Of a stretch of 64,000 nt of DNA, positions 37,774-47,742 are shown in pieces. The position numbers and the translations under genes were made by a program. The notes beneath the pieces are model-generated. The model saw nothing but the letters and a program-made list of their open reading frames with translations. It did not search any database and was not told where the DNA came from. Position 1 is the stretch's first letter. Every line of letters begins with the position of its first letter. The stretch is taken from UHGV virus genome UHGV-2031204. One strand, written 5' to 3'. The DNA comes from a virus.

Positions 37774-38022
37774 ATGGCAGCCTATGTTGATTACAGTAAT
37801 ACAAAAATTGAGTTAAAGGAGATTGATACCGCCGCTCGTTTAAAGCAACAGCTTAATCTGGAGTTATACCAACTCCAAGTTCGGATGCACGAACGCGAAC
37901 AGTTCATTGAAAAACGCCCAATTTTCATTGACGATCGCCAAGTGAAACTGATCACTGCGGAACTGGAGGTAATGGCCGCAGAGAAGTTGTTGTTAGAAGA
38001 ACGTATTGCCGCTATTGTCTAA
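37774..38022 (+). CDS. hypothetical small coiled-coil protein
   Basis: 82-aa ORF; heptad-like charged sequence; terminator follows. Confidence 0.7.
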   Translation: MAAYVDYSNTKIELKEIDTAARLKQQLNLELYQLQVRMHEREQFIEKRPIFIDDRQVKLITAELEVMAAEKLLLEERIAAIV

Positions 38023-38032
38023 TCGCCCCACA

Positions 38033-38064
38033 GGAGAGCTTCGGCTCTCCTCCTTTATTTTTAT
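38033..38064 (+). terminator. intrinsic terminator
   Basis: ggagagcttcggctctcc followed by a T-rich tract. Confidence 0.7.
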
Positions 38065-38109
38065 TCCCCAATTTATTATAGCCGCCCACTATAGTGAGGG
38101 AATGAGGAA

Positions 38110-38409
38110 ATGATTAAATATGTCGTTATTAATGTAGACTACGAACGTAGCCCACGTTTTCGTTTTGAGTTACCTGAAACCAAAGCAACCATGGAGTTTA
38201 ATCGCTACTTATTAGAGCATTCAAACACCAAAATCAATCACGGTAGATACTGGCTTATCTACTATAATGCCCGCAATGAGCTACTGAAAGCCGTCAAGAA
38301 ATCAGGTCAGTCGGAACTGTTAGCGAAACTGACGGCGTTTGATAACGATCCCTTAGCAATAGGAGTGATGCTAGACCTTGCTATTAAGAAAGACGAGATA
38401 GCGTGGTGA
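38110..38409 (+). CDS. hypothetical protein
   Basis: 99-aa ORF with gagggaatgagg RBS. Confidence 0.75.
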   Translation: MIKYVVINVDYERSPRFRFELPETKATMEFNRYLLEHSNTKINHGRYWLIYYNARNELLKAVKKSGQSELLAKLTAFDNDPLAIGVMLDLAIKKDEIAW

Positions 38410-38425
38410 AAAAAAGAAAAGCCAC

Positions 38426-38470
38426 TCCGACCCCAGAAGGGTCGGAGTAAGCTCGAATTATTTTTTTTTG
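38426..38470. terminator. bidirectional intrinsic terminator between convergent genes
   Basis: ctccgaccccagaagggtcggag flanked by an A-run upstream and a T-run downstream; between the + gene ending 38409 and the - gene ending 38475. Confidence 0.7.
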
Positions 38471-38474
38471 CTAT

Positions 38475-41192
38475 TTAGAGAGTTTCGTCGGCGTTGTCGT
38501 CTGTACCGGTATCCGTCTCGTCTGTGTCTTCAGCAGAAACGTCTTCTTCCGTTGTCGTATCGGTTTCCGTCGTTTCATCATCAGACATGTCCAAGTCTTC
38601 ATCACCGCCCATATCGTCACCACCTAAGTCCTCATCGCCCCCTAAGCCACCGTCGTCTTCAGAGCCGCCATCGAAGACGCTGCCCCCGCCGAAGTTATTG
38701 GCGTCTTCAGGATTCAAATCAGCCGCTTTTGCTAAGGTTTCAACTTTACCTGTTGTGCGTTTAGCTAACTGAATCAGCGTCTTCGATGCTGCTGCGATTT
38801 CATCAGAAATCATCTTGACGTTTTCACCACGTTTATCTTCGTCGTAGATCAAATCAAACAGATCGGTTTCGATGCCTTGATTGCGTAGCCAGTTACGCGT
38901 ATAGAACGATTTAATCATCGTCTTGAGATCATCAGGCTGCATTTCGATACCTTCATTCTGAAGCATATTCGAAATATCGTCGGTAACAACCAGATCCGCC
39001 AGTTTCTCAATGAACTCATAGCGTTTATCAAACAGATCCGCTTGTGAAGAAGAAGCTGATGTGTCTGGTGGTGGTAAGGTGACTTTCATGCCATTGATGA
39101 ACTTCGCCAGATACTCCGACGTTTGTTTGGTCAAGTCTTCGCCTGTTACATTAGGATTCTGATTGCGAATATATTCAACGATAACACGAATCAGCTCTGC
39201 TTGTAACTTAGGAGAGGCTTGCAAACTGTTTGTCACGTAGCGTGTTAACGGCGTAGACAGAATTTCTTGTTTCTTCACGATTTGCTGAGTGACCAGCAGT
39301 GACTTGGAATAAATCTGCGAAGCAAATTCCAGGTTTTCCGGCGTCAAAACAAGATCCGGGTCTACACACGCGATGTGACAAGTACGACGGAGTAAGTTTT
39401 CATCGATTTGTTGATCAGGCACTTTATACTCAGGCGTTGTGTCCGAAACTGACACTTTATGACTGGCGTAGTATTCATTACCTGTCACGTTAAATGCAAT
39501 CCCGGCATTAGCCCCCATTGACCAAGCGTCATTGATATCACCCCACATCGGTAAACGACGGTTATAGGAGTTAAGGATATCTGATTTAACTTGGTCAACC
39601 GTTTTCTGACCGTTCATGTCATCTGGCGATAACTCGATGTCGTATTGCATGTGACGTGCTGAGTTCAACACTGAAGAGTTCATCGTTGCGAACAACAGCG
39701 CCATCCTGACCGTAGAGATGATAAAGGAACGTTCAGTGATAGACACCCCAATACCATCTTCGTTAAAGTCCGTTGCAAAGTAGCACAAGTTATTAGCCGG
39801 GATATAGACAACCTGTGTGTGACGTTTTGCGAGGTGACGTGCCAGCAGAATACGACCGAAAGTTTCGGTAATTTTCATGCTGATTTCAGCTCCACCCAAT
39901 GCCTGGCTTAACGCACGGGTAAATTCGTTCTCAGCAATCTCGCTACAACGGGCACTTAAACGATTGGCGATTTCCGGCGTTATACGAGAGGTATTACCCA
40001 AACCCAAATTAGAGCGGTTGATAATACTGTCTGTCATGCCATCGTTGTTAAGGTAGTTCATAAAGTTCGCGTCCCCGTAAAGTGAAGAACGTGAGTTGAT
40101 GAAGTTACCCATATCGTCAATAATGGTCAGAAACCCAATAGGGTTGCGAACGTCGTCGCCGATAACCAACGGTGCGGTAGACTCAGCAGGGAGTAAACAT
40201 TCGAAATATTCGATTTGGTTGTTTTCATTCATCGAAATAATCGGAATATCACCATAAGTCTGAGTTTTTGGTGTACCTTTGTACGCTTCGTTCAGATCGC
40301 CTAAGTTAATGAAGCCTTTTTCAGCCGCGTCACGCTGACGATCGTTAAACTGTTGATTAACTTCATACGGCGTAGCACCTGTCGGTGTGGCAGGCTTTTC
40401 ATATGCGGCTTGCTCTAATTGGCCGTAGAGACCAGTACGTGCGTTCTCATGAGCGATTCGACGATAAGCATGGGGTAGTAACGTGATACGTGGGTTGTCA
40501 GTGATCGAGATGTCCATTTCGAACTTATCTGAGAACATCTTATCGTGGTTACTGAAATTGATTTTCAGCGACTGCGGTCCTTTAACAGGCCCACGGACAC
40601 GACTCAGAATAGATTCCACACCCACCCGTTGCCCGTCTTCTTGCCCGTTGATTGGACCGAGAATACCGAGCTGGTCTTCGAAAAAGGCAGCTTGAGAACG
40701 ACGTACGGATTCGGTAGCGACTTTGGCGTCTAAACCGAACAGCTGGTCAAATCCGTTGTCCGAGATTATCATCACTGGACTTGCGCCTTTTGTTTTTAAC
40801 GCGTCGTAAATCCACTGATATAATTTCTTAGGTAATTGACGTACGTTATCATGATAATCACGCGTTGGTGCCAGTAGGTCATTACGTAAGTCAATTGGAA
40901 TGTCTGCGATGTTGTCGTAAATCAACGTGGTGTTGATTAAGTCTTTTGTCGACAGCAAGCTCGAAGTTGCAATGGTAACAATCGTTTCGAGTTCAGGTAA
41001 CGCATCAAAGATACGTTCCGCATTTTTGATAGTACGAATACGCGAACTTACAATTCCTGCAAGTTCCTGACGTGTTGGCGTAGAACCACCCTCGCTACGC
41101 GTACCGCGTTGTTGCTGGGGTGCTGGGCCCGTAGTTTTACGAAGAATTGCAGCTACGGCGGGGTCGCCCGTTAATTTACTAATATCGTCCAT
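38475..41192 (-). CDS. hypothetical large protein (905 aa) with acidic D/E/T-rich C-terminal tail
   Basis: Long minus-strand ORF; C-terminal ~80 residues are G/D/E/T-rich (DEDLGGDDMGGDEDLDMSDDETTETDTTTEEDVSAEDTDETDTGTDDNADETL). Confidence 0.85.
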   Translation of the reverse strand: MDDISKLTGDPAVAAILRKTTGPAPQQQRGTRSEGGSTPTRQELAGIVSSRIRTIKNAERIFDALPELETIVTIATSSLLSTKDLINTTLIYDNIADIPIDLRNDLLAPTRDYHDNVRQLPKKLYQWIYDALKTKGASPVMIISDNGFDQLFGLDAKVATESVRRSQAAFFEDQLGILGPINGQEDGQRVGVESILSRVRGPVKGPQSLKINFSNHDKMFSDKFEMDISITDNPRITLLPHAYRRIAHENARTGLYGQLEQAAYEKPATPTGATPYEVNQQFNDRQRDAAEKGFINLGDLNEAYKGTPKTQTYGDIPIISMNENNQIEYFECLLPAESTAPLVIGDDVRNPIGFLTIIDDMGNFINSRSSLYGDANFMNYLNNDGMTDSIINRSNLGLGNTSRITPEIANRLSARCSEIAENEFTRALSQALGGAEISMKITETFGRILLARHLAKRHTQVVYIPANNLCYFATDFNEDGIGVSITERSFIISTVRMALLFATMNSSVLNSARHMQYDIELSPDDMNGQKTVDQVKSDILNSYNRRLPMWGDINDAWSMGANAGIAFNVTGNEYYASHKVSVSDTTPEYKVPDQQIDENLLRRTCHIACVDPDLVLTPENLEFASQIYSKSLLVTQQIVKKQEILSTPLTRYVTNSLQASPKLQAELIRVIVEYIRNQNPNVTGEDLTKQTSEYLAKFINGMKVTLPPPDTSASSSQADLFDKRYEFIEKLADLVVTDDISNMLQNEGIEMQPDDLKTMIKSFYTRNWLRNQGIETDLFDLIYDEDKRGENVKMISDEIAAASKTLIQLAKRTTGKVETLAKAADLNPEDANNFGGGSVFDGGSEDDGGLGGDEDLGGDDMGGDEDLDMSDDETTETDTTTEEDVSAEDTDETDTGTDDNADETL

Positions 41193-41203
41193 TGGGGTCT
41201 CCG

Positions 41204-43387
41204 ATGCAGAGATTTAACATATTTCGTGATCAGAACATCGCGTTGGCGAAATCGCTGATTATTAAATCAGAATCAATCGCACAACAGATGAATCTGGCAA
41301 TAACCGAGAACGGCGGTTTCGTTTCCGATAACCGTAGTACGTGGCGATACTACCTGCATTTAGCAGGACAACGTCACGAAATGGATAAACCCATTTACAT
41401 CACGTCGCTCGACACGCAAGAGCAGATAGAATTAACGACAGCCAACCTGTCCCGTCATAAAAAGACCTCTAACGTTTTTCGTTCGAATGTCGAGTATATC
41501 GAGGCGTTGATCGCAACTTATCCCGAATACGCGGTTTATATTCGCGGCGTCTTTACGCCAATCGATTTAAATTACGCGTTACGTGTAGACGATTGTTCTA
41601 TTTTGTACTACGACAGCTCGTTAGTAGAATCACAAGAGACGTCATTGATTAGCCGACTGGAAGCGAGAATTCGTGCAGCCCACGTCCGGTATATGGCTGA
41701 GGGTTGGAAGGTCCACAACGATGCGTTTGTGTTAGCTTTCTATTGCATGTTGTTTCCGCAGCTACCGGGTATAATTGGTTATATTCGTTCTTCTTTACAG
41801 CATACGACAGAAACACACTCTTTCTTCGTTACCGAGTTTTTAGCTTCGCATCAGGAACTGCATGAGTTTATGCCGTATCTGACTCAGAAACAAAAATTCA
41901 TTCTTTATCGAAATATTCGATACTGGGAACGTAATTCAGGGAAAGAGGAGATCTTCGATTGGCAAATCGATGCGTTACTGACAGGCTGGGGAATGCCTGC
42001 GGTTGGGTATAATGTTGCGCAGCAGATTCACGAGCCGAAAGATGATGACGATTCAACCTTAACACCGTTGCCTATCGGTTATCAGCAATCTTTAAACTAC
42101 ACAGAGAAAGACTCTGGACGCGATTTGGATATTGTTACCACTACGGACATAATCCAAAAAGAGGTGGGGTTAGCGTATAACAACCCGGCGTACGAACCAG
42201 AGTACCAAGAAGACTTAGACACACGACTGAGGCTGACACAATACCCCAACTTAACGACGAAACTCGTAGAAGTAACCGCCGTTGACCCAGAAGCTATTGA
42301 GCGTTTTGAATACACACATAACCTCTTTAATGAATGGGTACATTTGGTAGCGAAAGGAAAGTATAACATCTATCACGAGATTCTTAACCCAACGAACGGC
42401 GATACATTAAAGTTAAGTTCGAAAGAACTGTTGGCACTGTTTTTGTACGCGGCGTATAAAGGTTACTCCGATGTTGCCCTTGAAGAAATCCCCGTATTTA
42501 ACGTTTTTGATGTCTTGATTAAACGTTGGGTGCCCTTCGATGAGATGGAACAACATCTTATCCCGAGTTGGGAGCACCGTTTCGACGCGCTGATTAACTA
42601 CTATACCGACACCCACACCGAGGTAGTCGGGACCATTCTCAGTGCCGACGAACTTTACGATACGATTAATGAAATTATCTTACAGAAGCGACGCCGTTGG
42701 CGTTACAGCCAAAACCGCCGTAAGATTCCCGATCGTGCTGCGGGCTTAATGCTGTTCGATTACCATTATCGTGATTATCGCTGTGATTTAAAGTTAAAGT
42801 ATCGTAACTACGACGAGTTCTTTAAGACCTTTGGGTTAGACTATACGTTGGTCTCTGCAGAGACGTGGCAAGATATTGCAGTCGATGCATTGAACACCGC
42901 AACAAACCTTGAAACGCGTGCAACCATTTCGCAATCTGAAATACAGCGCGCGATGGTTCGATTAATGACCACACTTTCGTCGTATACCGTACATTTTGCT
43001 GCGCGAATGGGGTCAGATTCTTACGACGTTATGGACCCGCTTTGTCCAATCTTAGGGGATATCCCTATGAGTGGGGAGGGTACAGTTACCATCATTGAAC
43101 CTCTCTTAGGCGTACAGTCAGTTACGCGACACCAATACATGACGACGGACAAAGTGCTCCCCGCAGCGCCGGTGATTAAAGAGCTGTCCATGCCGCAACA
43201 CATCAAACTACGGATGAACATTTACATGGGTATCCGTGTGAGAGTGAATCGGCAAGTCGTGGTGGATATTAATGAACCGACCACCGGGGTTGTTAAGGTC
43301 AAGTCTTCACTTGACGACTGGGCGTTAAACGAACAGGTGAAAATTAACGATCTCGAAGGGTTTACGTTAGACCAGCTACCTAAGTGA
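41204..43387 (+). CDS. hypothetical protein (727 aa)
   Basis: Long ORF; first ATG at 41204 (track start 41192 is a TTG); start lies 12 nt from the divergent minus-strand start. Confidence 0.8.
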   Translation: MQRFNIFRDQNIALAKSLIIKSESIAQQMNLAITENGGFVSDNRSTWRYYLHLAGQRHEMDKPIYITSLDTQEQIELTTANLSRHKKTSNVFRSNVEYIEALIATYPEYAVYIRGVFTPIDLNYALRVDDCSILYYDSSLVESQETSLISRLEARIRAAHVRYMAEGWKVHNDAFVLAFYCMLFPQLPGIIGYIRSSLQHTTETHSFFVTEFLASHQELHEFMPYLTQKQKFILYRNIRYWERNSGKEEIFDWQIDALLTGWGMPAVGYNVAQQIHEPKDDDDSTLTPLPIGYQQSLNYTEKDSGRDLDIVTTTDIIQKEVGLAYNNPAYEPEYQEDLDTRLRLTQYPNLTTKLVEVTAVDPEAIERFEYTHNLFNEWVHLVAKGKYNIYHEILNPTNGDTLKLSSKELLALFLYAAYKGYSDVALEEIPVFNVFDVLIKRWVPFDEMEQHLIPSWEHRFDALINYYTDTHTEVVGTILSADELYDTINEIILQKRRRWRYSQNRRKIPDRAAGLMLFDYHYRDYRCDLKLKYRNYDEFFKTFGLDYTLVSAETWQDIAVDALNTATNLETRATISQSEIQRAMVRLMTTLSSYTVHFAARMGSDSYDVMDPLCPILGDIPMSGEGTVTIIEPLLGVQSVTRHQYMTTDKVLPAAPVIKELSMPQHIKLRMNIYMGIRVRVNRQVVVDINEPTTGVVKVKSSLDDWALNEQVKINDLEGFTLDQLPK

Positions 43388-43394
43388 GAGAATC

Positions 43395-43922
43395 ATGGCA
43401 TATCGTGTCGATTTAACGAAAGCACCTAAACAAATTTTAGTAGACCGGATTAACTACGTATTTAGTCTATCCTATACTGCTGATAACATCGAGTTTAACG
43501 CAAACGGCGTTCAACCACTAACTTTAGCAGAACGTCAACGTTACGGACTAGAATCAAAGGTTGCTGCCGTCTTCCGTAACGGCGTTGTCGGAAACCAGGA
43601 ATTCATTTTAACTCGCGTTGATTTGGCAACGTTCCTGGCCGATGAACCGGTGAGTGTACCGAAAGGCGCAGTAACGTCCAGCGAAGAGTTGGCTGATTAT
43701 ATCGTTGCACAAACAGGGATTGACCTGCGTGCTGACGACATTATGATTGAGCCGATTTCAGAGGAGCTGGATTCTTATGATGTTCGTCTCGTCCCGAATC
43801 ATTTGTCTTTTAAAGGAACGATTCCGGTCGTATTTACTGATTCCACCCCACGCAAATTGGCGTCTCTTGTGACGAAATTAGCGTTGGATGGGTTCCGCCC
43901 AGGAGAATTAATCAATGTCTAA
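43395..43922 (+). CDS. hypothetical protein
   Basis: 175-aa ORF with gagag RBS. Confidence 0.8.
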   Translation: MAYRVDLTKAPKQILVDRINYVFSLSYTADNIEFNANGVQPLTLAERQRYGLESKVAAVFRNGVVGNQEFILTRVDLATFLADEPVSVPKGAVTSSEELADYIVAQTGIDLRADDIMIEPISEELDSYDVRLVPNHLSFKGTIPVVFTDSTPRKLASLVTKLALDGFRPGELINV

Positions 43923-44802
43923 TGTCAAAGTTTACGACGGTAAACTCTCGACGGTAACGCTTAATGCGATGCGCTTGGCTACCGCATTAATTACCGGTGC
44001 TGACGTGCAATACCCGCAAAAATCCACACTGAATGAGTTCTATAAACTCATGCAAACACCAGTGCCGGACGGTAAAGCGCGTCCTCATTTGCAGTACATG
44101 GCAATTGGTAACCGTGGCCATATGGTCGACACCTCTGATGTGGTGGCTGACGTTGTGCCTGTAGGTAAAGAACCTATTGCTTCCGGGATGTTTTCCCGCG
44201 TTCCGTTTGTCCTGCGTACAAAAGACAATGATCTGTCTGACGAACAACGTAAGAACTACGCTTTTCGTACTTTGGAAACGTTTAACAAACGCGAATACTG
44301 GGCGTATTATTTAAAACGCATCGACATGCGCGCTGTAAAAACGACGGATTACGATATCAGGCGTGAGAACGGTGTTGAGACCGTCGAAGACTTTGTGTAC
44401 ACAGACACGGAATTAAACCCCGTACCGAAAGTATTGCCGGACTACGATTACGACGACGATGGCACCGTTGCAATCCCAGATGGCCGTTATGTGGAGTCAG
44501 GTGCTGACCTGGTTATTCCGTGGACAGACTTTGATGTTCAGGAATATATGAACGTAACGAGCATTATGCGCGGTAGCCCGCGTAGTTCAATTATCTCTGA
44601 ACTGGCACTCTGCTCAGGGTTAGACCAGGTCGCGTCCGGGGACTCTGCAACTGGGTCTAAATTCAGCTATAACGAGGCGATCGGTGTTCAGGCGTTGTAC
44701 TATATTTCGATGTTTACCAACCTGGCACAGACGAATGACAAACTGTCTTTGACCATTCGTATCGGACAGCCTGCACCGTTCTTCCTGGGGACAGCTAACT
44801 GA
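43915..44802 (+). CDS. hypothetical protein
   Basis: 295-aa ORF; overlaps the upstream gene by 8 nt. Confidence 0.8.
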   Translation: MSNVKVYDGKLSTVTLNAMRLATALITGADVQYPQKSTLNEFYKLMQTPVPDGKARPHLQYMAIGNRGHMVDTSDVVADVVPVGKEPIASGMFSRVPFVLRTKDNDLSDEQRKNYAFRTLETFNKREYWAYYLKRIDMRAVKTTDYDIRRENGVETVEDFVYTDTELNPVPKVLPDYDYDDDGTVAIPDGRYVESGADLVIPWTDFDVQEYMNVTSIMRGSPRSSIISELALCSGLDQVASGDSATGSKFSYNEAIGVQALYYISMFTNLAQTNDKLSLTIRIGQPAPFFLGTAN

Positions 44803-45446
44803 TGTTGATACCCGAGCCGAGACTTCCAGATAAGATGGTAAGAATCGCGGCAATAGACCCCGGTACGAGCCATCTTGGTATGGCTGTATTGGATTGGGAA
44901 TACGGCAGCGATCAAGCCGAAGTGGTTTGGGCTGATACCATGCATGTATTAGACCCAACGCATCCAAATGCGTTTGCAGAGTGTGTCGGTAAGCGTGACG
45001 ATCGTTTAGTTAAGCTCGAAGCTTGTTACCGTGAATTTCTTCGGATTGCCTGCCCAACTTTCGTTGCAACAGAGACACCGTTTATGCGGAGAGCAAAACT
45101 CTCCGCTTATGAATCTGGTGTCGAACTACAATTAATGTTGCGACGTACTTTGTGGGACGTTTACCCGGAGAAAATTTTACACGGCTTCAATCCTATCATT
45201 GTAAAATCATTCGTTGGGGTGGAAGCGAAGGGGACGGATAAAACCGATATGTTTCGGGCCGTGACCAAGCTCTATCGTGAACATGCTTTGTTTGATATTA
45301 CGACGTTAGATGAGCACAGTATTGATGCTGTGGCGGTGGGAAATATTTTCGTCAGGGTAAATCTGTTAAACTTAAACAGCCTGCTACCGCCTAAACAAAA
45401 GTCGACTAAGACCTCCAGGCGGAGAAGGCGTCGGAGAAAACGATAA
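44802..45446 (+). CDS. RuvC-like Holliday junction resolvase with basic C-terminal tail
   Basis: IAAIDPGTSHLGMAV resembles the RuvC N-terminal motif (ILGIDPGSRVTGYGV in E. coli RuvC, recalled from memory); FVATETPFM resembles YFAIEQVFM; HSIDAVAVG resembles the D-A-x-A-I-A-x-x-H block; ends with RRRRRRRKR. An alternative start at M12 (44835) matches RuvC better. Confidence 0.6.
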   Translation: MLIPEPRLPDKMVRIAAIDPGTSHLGMAVLDWEYGSDQAEVVWADTMHVLDPTHPNAFAECVGKRDDRLVKLEACYREFLRIACPTFVATETPFMRRAKLSAYESGVELQLMLRRTLWDVYPEKILHGFNPIIVKSFVGVEAKGTDKTDMFRAVTKLYREHALFDITTLDEHSIDAVAVGNIFVRVNLLNLNSLLPPKQKSTKTSRRRRRRRKR

Positions 45447-46024
45447 TGGAACCGAGCACACAAGCACTACCCACTGAAATACTTGACTTATTGATCCAAG
45501 CTGGAAACAGAAAGTTAAGTAAAGAACAGTCTGAACAGTTAACGAAACTCTTGAAAGCGGCGTATGGGGATGACGTCGACGTTGACGTTACCCGTTCGGG
45601 AACAAAGATTCTTTCCGACTTACGCCCGACGCTAATCGATAACTTAGGCAAACTGTCAGAACAATTCCATCAGCAGGCAACTGACGCTGTGGAATCTCTA
45701 GGGGATGAGATTAGCAAAGAAACCATGCTAACCTTATGGCCGAAATTATCTGCTCCCCAGAAGTTCATTATTGCCCTTCTGACGTTAGCGACGGTTGTTG
45801 TAACCGGTTTCCTGGGTTACGACACGCATCAACATTTTCCAGAAGACAGTTTAGATGTTCTGATTGTGACGTTGGTACCGTTCTTTGCGTTGGTTGTTTT
45901 TGCGACTTGGCCGATTAAAACGTTGGCTTATAAGTCTCTTGAGATAGCCACAAAAGTTGTTGAGAAGAAGCTTGAGAAATCAGGCCAGCTTAAGTCGAAG
46001 ACAGAAAGCCCGACAACGAAATAA
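45446..46024 (+). CDS. hypothetical membrane protein
   Basis: 192-aa ORF; two hydrophobic segments (FIIALLTLATVVVTGFLGY and VLIVTLVPFFALVVFATWPI). Confidence 0.8.
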   Translation: MEPSTQALPTEILDLLIQAGNRKLSKEQSEQLTKLLKAAYGDDVDVDVTRSGTKILSDLRPTLIDNLGKLSEQFHQQATDAVESLGDEISKETMLTLWPKLSAPQKFIIALLTLATVVVTGFLGYDTHQHFPEDSLDVLIVTLVPFFALVVFATWPIKTLAYKSLEIATKVVEKKLEKSGQLKSKTESPTTK

Positions 46025-46028
46025 CATT

Positions 46029-46066
46029 AACCTCTACCTTCGGGTAGAGGTTACTTCTTTTTATTT
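46029..46066 (+). terminator. intrinsic terminator
   Basis: aacctctaccttcgggtagaggtt followed by a T-rich tract. Confidence 0.75.
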
Positions 46067-46113
46067 TTACAATTTTTAAACATACTGTGAGACTTAAAAG
46101 AAGGAGTGCTATT

Positions 46114-46767
46114 GTGGAACCATTACGCTTAATGACCAGAACGTTACTGATACCTATTCAGGACCTGAAGGTTGGACCGTTGGTCACCTCCAATGGGGAA
46201 ATTGTTGATTTCGTTAAAGAGGAAAAAATTGTTACGGCGGCTTTTCAAGAGACGCTCCATCGCCATTATCGTGCAGTACCTTTATCTGGCAGTCTAGATT
46301 GTCCGGGTGTAGAGGGGAGTACGTCTGCGTTAATAGCGGAGCATTTAGAAAAGAAAGGGTTTGGGGTCGGGAAAGGACAGGTTTTTGTAGACACTGCCAC
46401 ACTGAACAAATACCAAAACGACCTAATGTTACAGATAAGGAGATTACTTGCCCGTTATGGTCTTTTCTCGATTAATTGTAAGTTTGACGACGTTCGGATG
46501 TTAGACCACGGTTTTACTACCAGCCTTAAAATCTGTCGTGGTAAAAGATTCATACAGTTTACCTGGTGGGTGCCATCCCTACGAGGTGAGAGAAAAACGG
46601 TGGAAGGGCTGTATGGTTGGGCTTTATGGGCCGAAGTTCCAGTAACGAAACTCGATGCGATTATTCCACAGCATCGAAACGTTCCACTTAGCAGTTTATT
46701 TACTTCTGGTGGGAACACCACGTGGGATGAATTTGTTAAAAACGTTTTATCGATAGGGGAACAATAA
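46114..46767 (+). CDS. hypothetical protein
   Basis: GTG at 46114 about 8 nt after aaggag; the track start at 46087 would put the RBS inside the ORF. Confidence 0.7.
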   Translation: MEPLRLMTRTLLIPIQDLKVGPLVTSNGEIVDFVKEEKIVTAAFQETLHRHYRAVPLSGSLDCPGVEGSTSALIAEHLEKKGFGVGKGQVFVDTATLNKYQNDLMLQIRRLLARYGLFSINCKFDDVRMLDHGFTTSLKICRGKRFIQFTWWVPSLRGERKTVEGLYGWALWAEVPVTKLDAIIPQHRNVPLSSLFTSGGNTTWDEFVKNVLSIGEQ

Positions 46768-47243
46768 TGCAGCAGTTAGATATTACCGAAGACAAAATTT
46801 CCGCTAAATTTCCTGAATTACGTGAATACGTCAAAGACTTAAATTCGATTCGGGAAACGCCAGTTAGAATCACGTTGGCTGTTGAAGACGATATTACACA
46901 TGGGGTTGCAATCTGGGAGCCGGGGAATCTTATCTATCTGGTAGTGGCCGAAGGTTCTCGTCGTAGCGGTGTAGGTTCCTTTTTACTGAAATACGTTCAA
47001 CTTAATTCAGATCGTCAAATGGTGATGTGTCGTGTCCATCCCTCAAACATAGACGGGCTGTGTTTCTTTTCCAAAAAAGGCTTCCAAATAGACCGATGGT
47101 TTATTGCCAGTGACTCCCGTCGGTATTTTCGTATGACGAACAGTAACGTTGATTCGTCATACGCCCCGCCGGAAGAAGGATATTTGGTGGATTTTATTGA
47201 AAACACCCCCATCTTTCTCTCTGTTGCGGATAAGATTTATTAG
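46767..47243 (+). CDS. putative GNAT-family acetyltransferase
   Basis: IYLVVAEGSRRSGVGSFLLKYVQ resembles GNAT motif A (R-x-x-G-x-G), at the usual position in a ~160-aa protein. Confidence 0.5.
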   Translation: MQQLDITEDKISAKFPELREYVKDLNSIRETPVRITLAVEDDITHGVAIWEPGNLIYLVVAEGSRRSGVGSFLLKYVQLNSDRQMVMCRVHPSNIDGLCFFSKKGFQIDRWFIASDSRRYFRMTNSNVDSSYAPPEEGYLVDFIENTPIFLSVADKIY

Positions 47244-47262
47244 AAACAGTTGAGAGCCCAAA

Positions 47263-47742
47263 ATGATTCGTGTCGAATATGAGACGCGGTGCTTGGAAGG
47301 CAATAAAGCAAAAGTGTTACGTTGCGTTGAAGTTATCCCCGCACACGAGGTTGATTTACGTACAGGTCGTGTTCGGGGAGTTCCTGTAACGATACTACAA
47401 CATAATCCTTGTTCGCAATTTAAAGGGAAGGCAACTCCAGCAGTACGTTCTCGTCGTCGAGAGGACTTTTCTGATCTCCGCAAATCTTTTACACGGCACT
47501 ACCGACGCAGTAAATGGAAAGTGTTGGTATTAATTTTAGTGGATGATTTTATTAAAGACTTGGTTTGGGAGGAGGTGCTAAAAGAGCGCGGTTTTACACC
47601 CAAACCTTTCTCGTATCACTGGGAACGTTTCAAAAAGAAATATCGTGAAGCGCTATGGTTTTCGCCGAACACACGGAATATGATTCCGCGCTTAGAGTCG
47701 ATGCCATGGCTACGCGATCATCTTGATGAGGTAGACCGATGA
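47263..47742 (+). CDS. hypothetical protein
   Basis: 159-aa ORF with gagag RBS. Confidence 0.75.
   Translation: MIRVEYETRCLEGNKAKVLRCVEVIPAHEVDLRTGRVRGVPVTILQHNPCSQFKGKATPAVRSRRREDFSDLRKSFTRHYRRSKWKVLVLILVDDFIKDLVWEEVLKERGFTPKPFSYHWERFKKKYREALWFSPNTRNMIPRLESMPWLRDHLDEVDR

Noticed and set aside
38070-38095. T7-like promoter core (cactatagtgaggga)
   Set aside because: Single occurrence, only partial similarity to the T7 consensus, and no single-subunit RNA polymerase gene in the window; probably coincidental.
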